Assembly (NCBI GenBank): GCA_963707915.1
Contig: OY970178.1
Coordinates: 1,952,001-2,016,000, forward strand
Length of the DNA stretch: 64,000 bases
From: Candidatus Eiseniibacteriota bacterium
GTDB taxonomy: Bacteria > Eisenbacteria > RBG-16-71-46
Direction: 5' to 3'
Positions 8,307-22,497 of this stretch are shown here, piece by piece. How positions within the stretch are numbered: position 1 is the stretch's first letter; every line of letters starts with the position of its first letter. The position numbers were made by a program, and so were the translations under genes. The notes under the pieces are model-generated. The model was not told where the DNA came from. It saw only the letters and a list, made by a program, of their open reading frames with translations, and did no database searches.

Positions 8307-11300
8307 CTACCGCCCGCCGAGCCAGACCAGGCGGCGGGTCAGCTTCAGCGGCCCCACGGCCGCCCGCACCACGTAGATCCCGGGGGCCAGGCCCTGCGGC
8401 CGCCACTCCCGCGTCGTGCGCCCGGCCTCGAACTTCTCCCCCGCGATGGGCCGCGCCACCTCGCGCCCGGCGACGTCGAGCACGCTCACGGTCACCACGG
8501 CGGCGCCCGCCAGCTCCAGCCCGAGCCGCACCACCCCCACGGCCGGGTTGGGCCACGGCGCCCGCAGCCGCAGCGTGGAGTTCCCCGGCTCCACCCCCGC
8601 GCCGGACTGGATGGTGAACACCGCGTCGCTGGCGTCGCTACCGCGGGTCCACGGCTCGCGCGGGGTCGCCTTCACGCGCGCCAGCGTGCTGACCACGTCG
8701 GGCACCGTCACCTCGGCGGCGTTGGATGCCAGGCCGCCCACGTTCTCCTGAAGCAGCTCGTAGCTGATCCCGTCATCCACCGAGAGCCACAGGTCGGCCG
8801 GCTCGGCCCCCAGCCACGAGACCACCTCCGAGGCGGTGCGCGTCCAGGTCTCGCCGCCGTTCGGCGAGGTCACGAGGTAGCGGTTGAAGTCGAACACGTA
8901 CGCGGCGCCGGACTGCGACGCGCTCATGTCGCTGTAGGGCGCTCCCACGATGACGTCCGGGAAGCCGTCGCCGAACACGTCGCCCGCCGCCCCGACCGAG
9001 GTGCCGAACGCGTCGTTCGTGGACAGGCCCAGCAGCGTCACGTCCGCGACGGTGTCCGCGCCCGCGCCGCCGAAGAAGACGTAGGCGGCGCCGGCGGTGG
9101 ATCCGCCGGTGTCGTTGTAGTAGGCGCCGACGATCACGTCGGCGTAGCCGTCGCCGTTCACGTCGCCGGCCGTCCCCACCGCGTGGCCGAACTCGTCCCC
9201 GGCCGCCACGCCCGGCAGCGCGAGGTCGGCCACCGCGTCGGCGGTCGCGCCGCCGAAGAAGACGTAGGCCCGGCCGATGTTGAGCCCGCCCACGTCGCTC
9301 AGCGGCGCGCCGACGACGACGTCGGCGTAGCCGTCGCCGTTCACGTCCCCGGCCGTGCCCACCGAGGTGCCGAAGTAGTCCCCCGGCGCCGCGCCCCACA
9401 CCGTCAGGTCGGCGGTGGCGTCGGGGCTCGTGCCGCCGTAGAACACGTAGGCGGCCCCGGCGTCGGTGCCGGCGGCGTCGTGGGTCGGGGCACCGACGAT
9501 GACGTCGTCGTAGCCGTCCCGGTTCACGTCGCCCGCCGTCCCCACCGAGATGCCGAAGTTGTCGTTGGCGGCCGCGCCGGTCAGCGTCCAGTCCGCCACC
9601 TTGTGGGGCGGCGTCCCGCCGAAGTACACGTACGCCCGGCCGGCGTTCGTCCCGCCCGCGTCGTTGTAGCGGGCGCCGATGATGAAGTCGTCGTAACCGT
9701 CGTGGTTCACGTCGCCGGCCGTCCCCACCGAGCAGCCGAAGAGGTCGTTCGCCGCCGCGCCGGTCAGGACCATGTCCGCGTTCGCGTCCGGGCTCGCCCC
9801 GCCGTAGTAGAGGTAGACCGCGCCGGCGTCCTGGCCGGACGCGTCGTTCTGCATCGCGCCGACCAGCCAGTCGTCGAAGCCGTCCCCGTTCACGTCCCCC
9901 GCCGTGCCCACCGCGTAGCCGAAGTAGTCGTAGGCCGCGGCGCCGGTCATGACCAGGTCCGGGATCGAGTCCGCGGCCGGCCCGCCGAAGTGGATGTACG
10001 CGCGCCCCGCGTAGGTGCCGCCCGCGTCGCTCATGTACTGGCCGACGATCAGGTCGGCGTAGCCGTCCCCGTTCACGTCCCCGGCCGTGCCCACCGCGTT
10101 GCCGACCCGGCCCAGCGCGTCGGTGTCGGTGAAGGTCAGCTCCAGCCGGTGCGCCACCGCCGGCGGAGGCCCCATGTCGAGGACGTACGCCCGGCCGGCG
10201 TTCCCTCCGCCGGCGTCGTCGTACGGCGCGCCGCCGACCAGGTCGGCGCGCCCGTCCCCGTTCACGTCCCCGGCCACCGCCGCCGAGTATCCCAACTCGT
10301 CGCCGGCCAGCCTGCCGGTCAGCGTCCGGTCCGCCACGGTGTCGAGACCGGGGCCGCCGAGGAACACGTACAGCGCCCCCGCGTCGGTGCCGCCCTGGTC
10401 GTTGAACGGCGCGCCGACGAGGATGTCGTCGTAGCCGTCGCCGTTCACGTCCCCGGCCGAGCTCACCGACTGGCCGAAGTAGTCCCCCGCCGCCAGGCCG
10501 GTCAGCACCAGGTCCGCGACCGCGTTGGGGCTCGCGCCGCCGTAGAAGAGGTAGGCCCGGCCGGCGTTCGAGCCGCCCGCGTCGTTGTACTCCGCCCCGA
10601 CCACCACGTCGTCGTAGCCGTCCCCGTTGACGTCCCCCGCGGCGCCCAGCGCACCGCCGAACTGGTCGCCGGCGGTCGCGCCGCTCAGCGTCAGGTCGGC
10701 GGTCGCGTTCAGGCTCGCGCCCCCGAAGAAGACGTAGGCCGCGCCCGCATACGTGGCCCCGCCCGGACCGGTGCGGGCGGGCGCGCCGACGATCACGTCG
10801 TCGTAGCCGTCGCCGTTCAGGTCCCCGGCCGGCGCCACCCGCGTTCCGAAGCGATCGCCCGCGCTCAGCCCGCTCAGCGTCAGGTCCGCCACCGCGTCCG
10901 GGCTCGAGCCGCCGCGGAAGACGTAGGCCCGGCCGGCATCCACACCCACGGCGTCGTTGGTGGGGGCACCGACCAGCACGTCGTCGTAGCCGTCGTGGTC
11001 CATGTCCCCGGCCGAGCCCACCGACATGCCGAACTGGTCGCCCGCCGCCGCGCCGGTGAGCGTCAGGTCCGCCACCGCGTCCGCGGCGGGACCGCCGAAG
11101 TAGACGTAGGCGCGCCCCGCGTTGGTCCCGCCGGCGTCGTTCTGGGTCGCGCCGACGACGACGTCGTCGTAGCCGTCGCCGTTCACGTCGCCGGCACAGC
11201 CCACCGAGATGCCGAAGACGTCGCCCGCCGCCTCGCCGACCAGCGTCAGGTCCGCCACCGCGTCGGCCCCGGGTCCGCCGTAGTAGACATAGGCCACGCC

Positions 11301-11546
11301 GGTGTTCGCGCCCAGCGCGTCGTTCGCCCAGGCGCCGACGATGACGTCGGCGTGGCCGTCCCCGTTCACGTCGCCGGCGGAGGCGACGGACCAGCCGAAG
11401 AAGTCGCCCGCGGCGACTCCCGTGGGCGCGAACATCGTGGGGAGGGTGTTCGCCCGGGCGGCGTCCGGGATCAGGGTGGCGAGGGCGAAGAAGAGACCCG
11501 CCAGCATGCGCATGGCGGGCACACGGAACACACGGATGCAGAACAT
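8307..11546 (-). CDS. Secreted FG-GAP (integrin-alpha-like) repeat protein with C-terminal PNP/FlgD-like domain
   Basis: 14 AGDxNGDG-type Ca-binding repeats with FG...[13 protein letters not shown]g-like domain; PWPNP...LDVAGR tail; signal peptide. Confidence 0.92.
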   Translation of the reverse strand: MFCIRVFRVPAMRMLAGLFFALATLIPDAARANTLPTMFAPTGVAAGDFFGWSVASAGDVNGDGHADVIVGAWANDALGANTGVAYVYYGGPGADAVADLTLVGEAAGDVFGISVGCAGDVNGDGYDDVVVGATQNDAGGTNAGRAYVYFGGPAADAVADLTLTGAAAGDQFGMSVGSAGDMDHDGYDDVLVGAPTNDAVGVDAGRAYVFRGGSSPDAVADLTLSGLSAGDRFGTRVAPAGDLNGDGYDDVIVGAPARTGPGGATYAGAAYVFFGGASLNATADLTLSGATAGDQFGGALGAAGDVNGDGYDDVVVGAEYNDAGGSNAGRAYLFYGGASPNAVADLVLTGLAAGDYFGQSVSSAGDVNGDGYDDILVGAPFNDQGGTDAGALYVFLGGPGLDTVADRTLTGRLAGDELGYSAAVAGDVNGDGRADLVGGAPYDDAGGGNAGRAYVLDMGPPPAVAHRLELTFTDTDALGRVGNAVGTAGDVNGDGYADLIVGQYMSDAGGTYAGRAYIHFGGPAADSIPDLVMTGAAAYDYFGYAVGTAGDVNGDGFDDWLVGAMQNDASGQDAGAVYLYYGGASPDANADMVLTGAAANDLFGCSVGTAGDVNHDGYDDFIIGARYNDAGGTNAGRAYVYFGGTPPHKVADWTLTGAAANDNFGISVGTAGDVNRDGYDDVIVGAPTHDAAGTDAGAAYVFYGGTSPDATADLTVWGAAPGDYFGTSVGTAGDVNGDGYADVVVGAPLSDVGGLNIGRAYVFFGGATADAVADLALPGVAAGDEFGHAVGTAGDVNGDGYADVIVGAYYNDTGGSTAGAAYVFFGGAGADTVADVTLLGLSTNDAFGTSVGAAGDVFGDGFPDVIVGAPYSDMSASQSGAAYVFDFNRYLVTSPNGGETWTRTASEVVSWLGAEPADLWLSVDDGISYELLQENVGGLASNAAEVTVPDVVSTLARVKATPREPWTRGSDASDAVFTIQSGAGVEPGNSTLRLRAPWPNPAVGVVRLGLELAGAAVVTVSVLDVAGREVARPIAGEKFEAGRTTREWRPQGLAPGIYVVRAAVGPLKLTRRLVWLGGR

Positions 11547-11785
11547 GGGGCCCCTCCGGTCGAGTGTGGATTCCTGAGGAAGTCTGCGTGCGTGACCGTG
11601 ATTCTACGCCCGCCCCATCGCGTTGCCCACGGCATTGTGGAGCCCCGGATGGCGGGCCGGGCGGTCCGGGGCGGGTCCGGGCGGCAGGGGTCGCGCGCGC
11701 TGGCGGGGCGGAGCGGGGCACGACGATGGCGGCGGGGCCGGCCCGTGGCGGACCGGCCCCGCTCCGGTCGCTCCCGGCCCGGTCG

Positions 11786-12289
11786 TCAGGGCTGGGGCGG
11801 CAGGTTCATCGCGCCCCACTCCTCGCGCGCCGGCCCGTAGACGCCCGGCACCTTGAGCCCCGCCTGGCGCATCAGCACGGTCATCTGCGCCCGGTGGTGC
11901 GCCTGGTGCAGGATCAACGCGGAGAGCACCGCGCCGCGCGGCCACTGCTCGCCGTACATCGGGATGAGCTCCTCCAGCATGGCGTCGTTCCACACCTTCG
12001 GCAGGCCCTCGCCCACCGAGCGGGCGCACAGCTCGTACTGGCGGACGACCTCGGCCAGCGACGGGGGCGGCGCGTCGTGCGCCGGCCCCACCACCGGCAC
12101 CCCCGCGTGCTGCATCATCTCGGGCAGCGTCAGCACGCAGTGCCACCCGATGAAGCCGAGCGTGCGACCCCCGGGGGCCACCGACTGCGAGAGCGAGTCC
12201 TCGGTGAGGGCACGGAGGATCTTGAGCGTCGCCTCGGTCTCGTAGGCCCACGTCTTCTGGAAGTCTTCCACCTTGCGGAACATCGTCAC
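11786..12289 (-). CDS. DinB-family protein
   Basis: RTLGFIGWH, HQAHHRAQMTVLMRQAG..VPGVYGP. Confidence 0.9.
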   Translation of the reverse strand: MTMFRKVEDFQKTWAYETEATLKILRALTEDSLSQSVAPGGRTLGFIGWHCVLTLPEMMQHAGVPVVGPAHDAPPPSLAEVVRQYELCARSVGEGLPKVWNDAMLEELIPMYGEQWPRGAVLSALILHQAHHRAQMTVLMRQAGLKVPGVYGPAREEWGAMNLPPQP

Positions 12290-12404
12290 CCTCCTCGCGT
12301 CCGGGTCCCGGCGCCCGACCGGCCGGGTCCACGATCCCCGCCCGCGGCCCGCCGAGGATACGCGATGCGTTCGCCCGCGGGGAAGGATCCGCCGGAGCCG
12401 CCGC

Positions 12405-12761
12405 TCAGAGGGTGATGACCTTCGCGGCCTCGAGCTGGGCTCCGAGGATGTCGGGCATCGCGCAGGCCGTCCCCGCGCGCCGCCGGTCCTGGAGACCGTA
12501 GAACTCGAGGCAGGTCGTGCACACCAGCAGCGCCGTGCCGCGCTGCTCGAGCGCGCGCAGCGGCTCGAGCAGCGGCGAGCCCTCGCAGACGAGGTGCACG
12601 CCCTCGGTGTAGAAGCACAGTGCGCGCGGGGTGAGGTCGCCGGCCAGCAGCAACCCGAGGTACTTGCCCATCAGCGCCAGCTGCAGCGCGTGCTCGCCCG
12701 AGCCCATGCCCTCGCGCGGCACCAGGATGACGGTGGAGGCCAGTCCGGCATCGCCGGTCAT
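12405..12761 (-). CDS. DsrE/DsrF-like (YedF-type) sulfur/selenium relay protein
   Basis: GMGSG...LCFYTEGV.L...[10 protein letters not shown]. Confidence 0.8.
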   Translation of the reverse strand: MTGDAGLASTVILVPREGMGSGEHALQLALMGKYLGLLLAGDLTPRALCFYTEGVHLVCEGSPLLEPLRALEQRGTALLVCTTCLEFYGLQDRRRAGTACAMPDILGAQLEAAKVITL

Positions 12762-12786
12762 CGGGGGCTCCTGACGGCGCGGGGGA

Positions 12787-14070
<1,284 letters not shown>

Positions 14071-14430
14071 CGTTCGCCTTCGCTGGTCGGCGCGACCGCC
14101 TCCGGGGGACACCTCCCGGTCGATGACCGTGAGGCCCTGCCGGAACGCGGCGGGTGGCCGTGGGGCGGACCGGACTCGGGCCCGCTGGCCTGGGGTGGAT
14201 TGGGGTCGGGGTGGATGGTCCTGGCGGCGGTCCGCGGCTACCGGACCGGCGTACCGCGGCGCTGGACGGCTTCCTCGAGTGGATGATGGGGTGAAGGTGG
14301 AGCTACGAAAGGGAACTCTCGCGATGCGTCACCGGGGAGGTCCGCGCGCCCGGGGGCCCGGAGGCGGGGCGTGCGGCGAGCGGGACGCGGCCTGCCGGGC
14401 TTCGCGGACGCGCCATCGACTCGCAGGGCT

Positions 14431-14459
14431 ACAGTAAGTATCGGCTTTCCGGGTGTCAA
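14431..14459 (-). promoter_or_regulatory. Sigma70 promoter of rho
   Basis: TTGACA-N17-TACTGT on the minus strand. Confidence 0.75.
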
Positions 14460-14833
14460 GGTTGAGGACCCGCGCCCCCCCGGGGCCGGAACCGAAGAGC
14501 GGGGGCCGGGATCGAGCCGGGGCCCGGCCCCCGGCCGCCCACCGTGCAGCCCGGTATGCCGGGCCTCGCGAAACGCGATGAGACCCGTGCGCGCTTTCGC
14601 CCGCGCCTTCGCACCCAGCGCGCGAATCCCGCGCCATTCGCGGGGCCGGCCCCCGTCACGCGGGCGGGCGGGGCGTGGCACATGGCTTGCGGTCATGCGG
14701 GGGTGAGGGTGCGCTGGGTCGCGTCCCACCTCCGAGCCTGCCACCATCGCGCGGCCCGCCACCCCTCAACCACACTCAGCGCGCCCCGGGCCCCGAGAGA
14801 GCCCGGGGCGTCGGAGTCCCGGGAGCCGACCGG

Positions 14834-15498
14834 CTACCGCACGCGACGTGCCAGCGGGATGGTCACGCTCACGAACGTGGGCTCCATCACGCACCAGTCG
14901 GGCAGGGACTGGGCCGCGACCTGCACCCTCAGCGTGTCGCGCCGGCCGCTGAGCCGGACCGGCTGGAGCACGACGCTGTCCAGGCGCGCCACGGCCGAGC
15001 GCGGGCCGGTGACCAGGACGCTCTCGGGCGACACGATGATCACCGCGGCCCACGAAGTGTCGTCGGCGCCCGGCCCCTCGATCCGCAGGGCCGCGGGCAG
15101 CCGGCGCCGCACCCGGGGCTCGATGCCGATGTCGATGACCCGGGGCCCGATCACGCGATCCGCCTCGACGCCCTCGTAGCCGGCCAGCGGCAGGTCCTCG
15201 GCGGCGACCTCGCGCTGGAAGCGGCCCGGGCCGATGCCCTCGAGGGAGATCTTGATGGGCGGCTCGGTGACGCGCATCCGCAACAACTGCTTGCCGGTCC
15301 CGCGCAGTTGCGCCTGCACCGTGGAGGGCACCGGCCCCGAGAGCGAGAGCGAGTCCCCGAGCGACTGGATCTGCACGGGGAACGACATGGTCATCTCGGC
15401 CGGGCGGTCGAGGTAGACGTTCAGGTAGACCAGCAGCGCCAGCAGCAGGGCGGCCAGCTTGAGCCCGAGGTTGTCGAACAGCAGCCCCCGCAGCAGGT

Positions 15499-15502
<4 letters not shown>
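14834..15502 (-). CDS. YbbR/CdaR-like domain protein
   Basis: DNLGLKLAALLLALL N-terminal TM; VSPESVLVTGPRS YbbR-like motif. Confidence 0.8.
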
Positions 15503-16932
<1,430 letters not shown>

Positions 16933-16933
16933 G

Positions 16934-18349
16934 CTACGTCCCCCCCTGCGCCCGCTTCTTCGGGAAGCGCACCGTGCAGGTGGTGCCGCGCCCGACCTCG
17001 CTCTGGATCCTCAGCTCCCCGCCCGCCGACTCGGCCAGCCGCCGGGCCAGGAAGAGCCCGAGACCCGAGCCGGTGGCCCGGGTCGTGAAGAACGGGCTGC
17101 CCAGCCGCCGGAGCGTGGCGGCCGGGATCCCCTCGCCGTCGTCGGTGATGTCGACCTCGAAGCGGCCCGCCCGCTCGGCGAGACCGACCGCCAGGCGGCC
17201 ACCCCGCGGCATCGCCTCGAGAGCGTTCAGGACGAGGTTCAGATACAACTGTTTCAGCGACTCGTTGTCCAGCGCCACCGGCGCGGCCGTGAGCCGGAGG
17301 GCACGCTCGAGCGTCACCTCCCGGGCACGGCACTCGCCCTCGAGCAGGTCGAGCGTGGCTCCGAGCGCGACCGCGGCGTCTCCGGTCTCGGCCGCGCCCT
17401 CCGGCCCGCCCTCGCCGCCGCCCCGCGCGAACTCGAGGTAGCGCGCCACGGTGCGCGAGAGCCGGTCGGTCTCCTCGACCACGAAGTCGGCCATGCGGCG
17501 GGCCTCGGGCTCGAGGCGGCCGAGCCGCTGGGCCGAGCCGCGGATGATGGCGAGCGGGTTCTTGATCTCGTGCGCCAGCGTCGCCGTCAGCCGTCCCATC
17601 GCGGCCAGGTTCTGCGCCCGCGACAGGCGCCGCTCCAGCCGTGCCGCCGACCAGGCCCCGCGCACCACGATGGCGGCGAGCAGGAGCACCGCCAGCGACG
17701 TGGCCACGGCGACCAGCAGCAGCGTGCGGCCCAGGCGCGAGACCACCGGCAGGTAGGCCGGGGCCAGCTCCACCGCGACCACCCCCGGCACCCGGCCGGT
17801 CGAGTCGCGGACCGGGGCGAAGCCGGCGCGCAGCCGTTCGCCCTGGCGCTGGTAGGGGCCCGAGACCACGGTCGCGCCGCGCAGCGCGCGCCGCAGGGAC
17901 GGGCCCGCGAGGGTGGCGAGGTCGCTGGGCAGTCCCTCGGCGAGATCGGGCGCGCGCGCGTCCACGATGGTGACGCCGGACGAGTCGAGCAGGGAGGCGC
18001 CGGCCACGCCGGTCGAGGCGCGCAGGGTCACCAGCTGCACCTGGAGTGCGAGGTAGGCGCCGCCCTCATCGCGCAGGCGCGCCTCGGCCAGGTCCGCGGG
18101 ACCGATCTCGCGCGCGGCGGTGGCGGCGATGCGGGTGATGCGCTGCTCGAACTCGGACTCGAGCGCACCGGACACGCCCCGCCAGGTGACCCACGTCGAG
18201 ACCGCGGTGGCCAGCACCACCGCGAGGGCGAAGAGGGTGATGAAGACGAGCGTGCGCTGCACGGGCTGCCTCCCGGCGGCGTTCCACGGGCCCGGGCGGG
18301 CCCGCGCGGCGCCCCCTCCGGACGGGACGCGCTTCCACCGCAGCCGCAA
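16934..18349 (-). CDS. Membrane sensor histidine kinase
   Basis: Two TM segments, HEIKNPL H-box, N/G boxes. True start may be the GTG about 90 nt downstream. Confidence 0.9.
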   Translation of the reverse strand: MRLRWKRVPSGGGAARARPGPWNAAGRQPVQRTLVFITLFALAVVLATAVSTWVTWRGVSGALESEFEQRITRIAATAAREIGPADLAEARLRDEGGAYLALQVQLVTLRASTGVAGASLLDSSGVTIVDARAPDLAEGLPSDLATLAGPSLRRALRGATVVSGPYQRQGERLRAGFAPVRDSTGRVPGVVAVELAPAYLPVVSRLGRTLLLVAVATSLAVLLLAAIVVRGAWSAARLERRLSRAQNLAAMGRLTATLAHEIKNPLAIIRGSAQRLGRLEPEARRMADFVVEETDRLSRTVARYLEFARGGGEGGPEGAAETGDAAVALGATLDLLEGECRAREVTLERALRLTAAPVALDNESLKQLYLNLVLNALEAMPRGGRLAVGLAERAGRFEVDITDDGEGIPAATLRRLGSPFFTTRATGSGLGLFLARRLAESAGGELRIQSEVGRGTTCTVRFPKKRAQGGT

Positions 18350-18419
18350 TCTAGCCCGGAGGATTCACGAACCGCAAGCCGGCAGCGAGCGGCGTGCGGC
18401 GGCCGGAAGGCGCCCGGGG

Positions 18420-18824
18420 TCAGCCCTCGAGCCGGTCCCGCACGCGCAGGAGCCGGGCGCGCGCCTCCGCGGCGACGGGCTCGAGCGCGTCGTTGCCGAC
18501 GAAGCCCATGGCGGCCGCGGGGTCCATGAAGGTCACCGCCGAGCCGCCCTCGTCCTCGTAGACCGCCACGTTGCAGGGCAGCAGCAGGCCGATGTCGAGC
18601 TCGGCCTGGAAGGCCCGGTGCGCCAGCGGCGGGTTGCAGGCGCCGAGGATGACGTAGCGGCGGAAGGGCACCCCCAGCTTCTCCTGCAGCGTCTGCTGCA
18701 CGTCGATGCGCGTGAGGACGCCGAAGCCCTCCTCCTTCAGCAGCTCGGTCGTGCGCTGGACGGCCGCGTCGTAGCCGAGCGCGAGCTTCGCCCCGAAGCC
18801 GTACGGGGTGGTGATGGCCGACAT
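18420..18824 (-). CDS. DUF302 domain protein
   Basis: GFGVLTRID, ILGACNP, IGLLLPC; GGAGGGG RBS. Confidence 0.92.
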   Translation of the reverse strand: MSAITTPYGFGAKLALGYDAAVQRTTELLKEEGFGVLTRIDVQQTLQEKLGVPFRRYVILGACNPPLAHRAFQAELDIGLLLPCNVAVYEDEGGSAVTFMDPAAAMGFVGNDALEPVAAEARARLLRVRDRLEG

Positions 18825-18913
18825 GCTCCCCCTCCTTCCGGTTGCGAACCCGATCGCGAAGCGTCCGTGGACGCCCCCCGTGGGTGAGAGACACGCTGCA
18901 GCGCCGGGATCCG

Positions 18914-20338
18914 CTAGCGGGCGGCGGGCCGGGTCTCCTGCCGCAGCAGGTGGATCGCCGCGTGATCGGCATCCTCGGCCGCCTCGCCGATGGTCTCGGC
19001 CACCGTCGGATGCGCGTGGATGGCGCGGGCGAGGTGCCGCAGATCGAGGTCGGCGCCGAGCGCGAGCGCGCACTCGTGGATGATCTCGCTGGCCTTCGCG
19101 CCGATGATGTGCGCCCCCAGCAGCTGGTCGGTCGCGGCGTCGCCGATGAGCTTGACGAACCCGGCGGTCTCGAGATCGGCGATGTTGCGGCCGTGGGCGC
19201 GCAGCGGGAAGCGGCCGATCTTGAGCTCGCGCCCCGCCGCCCTCGCGTCGCGCTCGGTGAGGCCGACGCTGGCGATCTCGGGGCTCGTGAACGTGGCGGC
19301 GGGCACCGCGCGCCAGTCGGTCTGCGCCGGCCGTCCGGCGATGATCTCGGCGGCCGCCTTGCCCTGGGCCGAGGCGAAGTGCGCTAGTTGTCTCAGGTCG
19401 GTGACGTCGCCGATCGCGTAGATGCCCGGCGCCGAGGTCTGCAGCCGGTCGTTCACCCGCACGCGGCCGCGCTCGCCCAGCGCCACGCCGGCCTCCTCCA
19501 CCCCCAGCCCCGCGGTGTAGGGCTTGCGGCCGGTGGCCAACAGGACGGTGTCCACCTCCACCGTCCTCCCGCCGGAGAGCGTGAGCGTGATCGAACCGTC
19601 GGGGCCGTCCCTGCGCTCCTCGATCTTCGTCCCCAGGAAGACGTCGATCTTCTGCTTCTTCAGCTCGCGTTCGAGCGCCTGCGAGATCTCGTCGTCCTCG
19701 GCGAACACCAGGCGCGGCAACATCTCGATCACCGTGACCTTCGTGCCCAGCGCGGCGAAGAAGCCGGCGAACTCGCAGCCGATGACCCCCCCGCCCAGCA
19801 CCGCCATGCGCGCGGGCCGGGCCGGCAGGGCCAGGGCCTCGCGGCTGGTGATGACGCGCGTGCCGTCGAGCGCGAACCCCGGCGGGAGCCACGAGTCGGC
19901 CCCGGTGGCGACCAGGACGTGGCGCGCGACCCGTTCGACGGCGGTGCCGTCCGCGAGCCGCACGGCCACGCGGCCGGGAGCGGCCAGCCGCGCGGTGCCG
20001 CGCACGATCTCGACCCCGCGGCCCTGGAGCAACGCCTTCACTCCGCCGGTGAGCTGCCCCACCACCTTGTCCTTGCGCTCGAGCATCCAGTCCCAGCGCA
20101 CGGTGGGCGCGGCGACCTCGATGCCGAACTCCTTCGCGCGGCGGATCTGCCCGAGCAGGTGCGCGGAGACGATCCACGCCTTGGTGGGGATGCAGCCCCA
20201 GTTCAGGCAGGTGCCGCCCAGCTCGTCCTTCTCGACCACGGCGGTGCGCAGCCCCAGTTGCGCGGCGCGGATGGCGGCCACGTAGCCGCCGGGGCCGGTG
20301 CCGATGACGACGAGGTCGAAGGGACGGGCGTCGGGCAT
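18914..20338 (-). CDS. lpdA: Dihydrolipoyl dehydrogenase
   Basis: GTGPGG, GGTCLNWGCIP, HAHPT. Confidence 0.95.
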   Translation of the reverse strand: MPDARPFDLVVIGTGPGGYVAAIRAAQLGLRTAVVEKDELGGTCLNWGCIPTKAWIVSAHLLGQIRRAKEFGIEVAAPTVRWDWMLERKDKVVGQLTGGVKALLQGRGVEIVRGTARLAAPGRVAVRLADGTAVERVARHVLVATGADSWLPPGFALDGTRVITSREALALPARPARMAVLGGGVIGCEFAGFFAALGTKVTVIEMLPRLVFAEDDEISQALERELKKQKIDVFLGTKIEERRDGPDGSITLTLSGGRTVEVDTVLLATGRKPYTAGLGVEEAGVALGERGRVRVNDRLQTSAPGIYAIGDVTDLRQLAHFASAQGKAAAEIIAGRPAQTDWRAVPAATFTSPEIASVGLTERDARAAGRELKIGRFPLRAHGRNIADLETAGFVKLIGDAATDQLLGAHIIGAKASEIIHECALALGADLDLRHLARAIHAHPTVAETIGEAAEDADHAAIHLLRQETRPAAR

Positions 20339-20379
20339 GGGCATCCTCTCGTGGCTCGTGAAGCGGTCGCGGGCCGGGT

Positions 20380-21165
20380 CTACTTCCCCGTCCCGCCCGA
20401 CGGCATCCCGGGTGGCACCTCGCCCGGGCCCAGCGGCGGCGCCTTCTTCCCGGTCTTCTCGAGGATCTGCTGCATGTGCTGCACGATCTGCTGCTTCATG
20501 TCCTCGTGCGGGCCGGCCTCCAGCGAGCGGTGGAAGTACTTCAGGGCCGTCTCGTTCTCGCCCGCGCGCTCGTTCACGACGCCCAGGTTGAAGAGCGCGA
20601 TGGGCTGCTGCGGGTCGCGGGTCAGCGCCAGCTGGAACAGCTGCTCGGCGCGCGCCATCTCGCCCTGGTTGTACCAGCACACGCCCATGTCCACGATCGC
20701 CATGACGCGCGTGGAGTCGCGGGCGACCGCCCGCGCGTACCAGCCCGCGGCCTCGGCCCAGTTGGCGGTGTCGTAGAGCAGGTTGGCGTACTCGATGGTC
20801 GCGTCCACGTTGGTCGAATCGCGTCGGAGCACGGCGCGCAGGCTGTCGATCGCCCGCTGCTGGTCCTCCGAAGCGCCCGCGACCGGCACCGCGTTGTTCT
20901 TCCGGGCCCCGTCCACGGCCTGCCAGACCAGGAACCCGGCGGCCACGACCCCGAGGAACATCCACAGGAAGAGCATGTTGCGGTTGGCGACCGGCCGCTG
21001 CCGCGGACGGCGCACCGGGCGGCGGATGACGATCTCGGGCTCGGCAGCGCCCGGCGGCACGGGCTCGGAAGCCGGCTCCACGAGCGGGTAGTTGCAGTGG
21101 CTGCAGCTGGCGCTGCCGGCCGGGTTCTCGTGCCCGCAATCGGGGCAGCGGACGACGTCGGACAT
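20380..21165 (-). CDS. Zinc-ribbon + TM + TPR protein
   Basis: CPDC..CSHC N-terminus, one TM segment, TPR helices. Confidence 0.8.
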   Translation of the reverse strand: MSDVVRCPDCGHENPAGSASCSHCNYPLVEPASEPVPPGAAEPEIVIRRPVRRPRQRPVANRNMLFLWMFLGVVAAGFLVWQAVDGARKNNAVPVAGASEDQQRAIDSLRAVLRRDSTNVDATIEYANLLYDTANWAEAAGWYARAVARDSTRVMAIVDMGVCWYNQGEMARAEQLFQLALTRDPQQPIALFNLGVVNERAGENETALKYFHRSLEAGPHEDMKQQIVQHMQQILEKTGKKAPPLGPGEVPPGMPSGGTGK

Positions 21166-21271
21166 GGATCCCTCGAGGTTGGCGCGCGACCGGACGTCAC
21201 CGGCGAAGCCGGTGGCGCAGGACGGCCGGACTATAGGCGTCCCGCGAAGACCCCGGCAAGCGCGCGTCGCG

Positions 21272-22497
21272 GGCTAGAAGGTGGCGCCCAGGACCCGCGT
21301 CAGCACGCCCCGCAATTGATCCAGGTGGTAGGGCTTCCGGATGAACCCCGCCAGCCGCCCCGGCGGGATCTGCTGCGTCGCCTCCGCCTCGTCGTAGCCG
21401 CTCGACAGGATCACCTTCGCCCCCGGCTCGATCAGCAGGATCCGCTCCAGCGCCCCGGCCCCGTCCAGCTTCGGCATCGTCAGGTCCAGCAGGATCGCGC
21501 GGATCCCGGCCCCGTGCCGCCGCACCACCTCCACCGCCCGCTCCCCGTCCCCCGCCGTCAGCACCGTGAATCCCAGCGACTCCACCAGCGCCGCGCACGG
21601 CTGCAGCACCATCTCCTCGTCGTCCACGATCAGGATCGTCCCCTGCCCCGTGCCCCGCATCGCCTCCGCTCCGCCCGCGCGCGCACCGGACGCCTCCGCC
21701 GTCACCGCCGACGCCGCCCCGGCCGCCCGGAACAGCACCCGGATCGTCGTCCCCTTGCCCACCGCGCTGTCCAGCAGCAACGCCCCCCCGTGCCCCCGCA
21801 CGATCCCGAACACCGCCGGCAACCCCAGCCCGCGCCCGGTGAACTTCGTCGTGAAGAACGGGTCGAACATCCGCTTCTGCGTCTCCTCGTCCATCCCGCA
21901 GCCGCTGTCCGTCACCTCCACGTACGCGTAACGCCCCGCCGGCGCCGGCTCGCTCAGCCGGCTCCGCCCCAGGTACCCCGCGTCGCACTCCCGCACCCCC
22001 GTCGACAGCGTCACCACCCCGGGCGCGCTCCCCACCGCCTCCGCCGCGTTGGTGATCAGGTTCATCACCACCTGCTGGATCTGCCCCGCGTCCGCCTCCA
22101 CCGCCGGCAGCGCCCGGTCCAGCTGCAGGTTCAGCGTCACCGTCCGCGGGATCGACGTCCGCAGCAGGTGCACGTTCTCCTCCACCAGCTCGTTCAGGTC
22201 CACCCGCCCGACCAGGAACTTGCCCCGCCCCGAGTACGCCAGCATCTGCCGCGTCAGGTCCGCCGCCCGGCGCGCCGCGCTGCTCGCCGCGTCCAGCCGG
22301 GGCCGCACCGGCGAGATCGGGGAGAGGTCGCGCAGCCCCAGCTCGAGGTTCCCCAGGATCGCCATCAGCAGGTTGTTGAAGTCGTGCGCGATGCCGCCCG
22401 CCAGCACCCCCAGGCTCTCCAGCTTCTGCGTGTGCAGCAACTGCCGCTCCATCTCCAGCCGCGCCTGCTCCGCCCGCCGCCGCTCGGTGACGTCGCG
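21272..22497. repeat. ~1.2-kb near-identical direct repeat, copy 1 (copy 2 at 25123-26348)
   Basis: Constant offset of 3851 nt; only scattered substitutions. Confidence 0.95.

Noticed and set aside
8157..11840. Very long antisense or alternate-frame ORFs (also 32-2740, 20476-25128, 27071-30799, 39589-42882, 47466-50675)
   Set aside because: Arg/Gly/Pro-rich shadows of real genes, expected at this GC content; no motifs.
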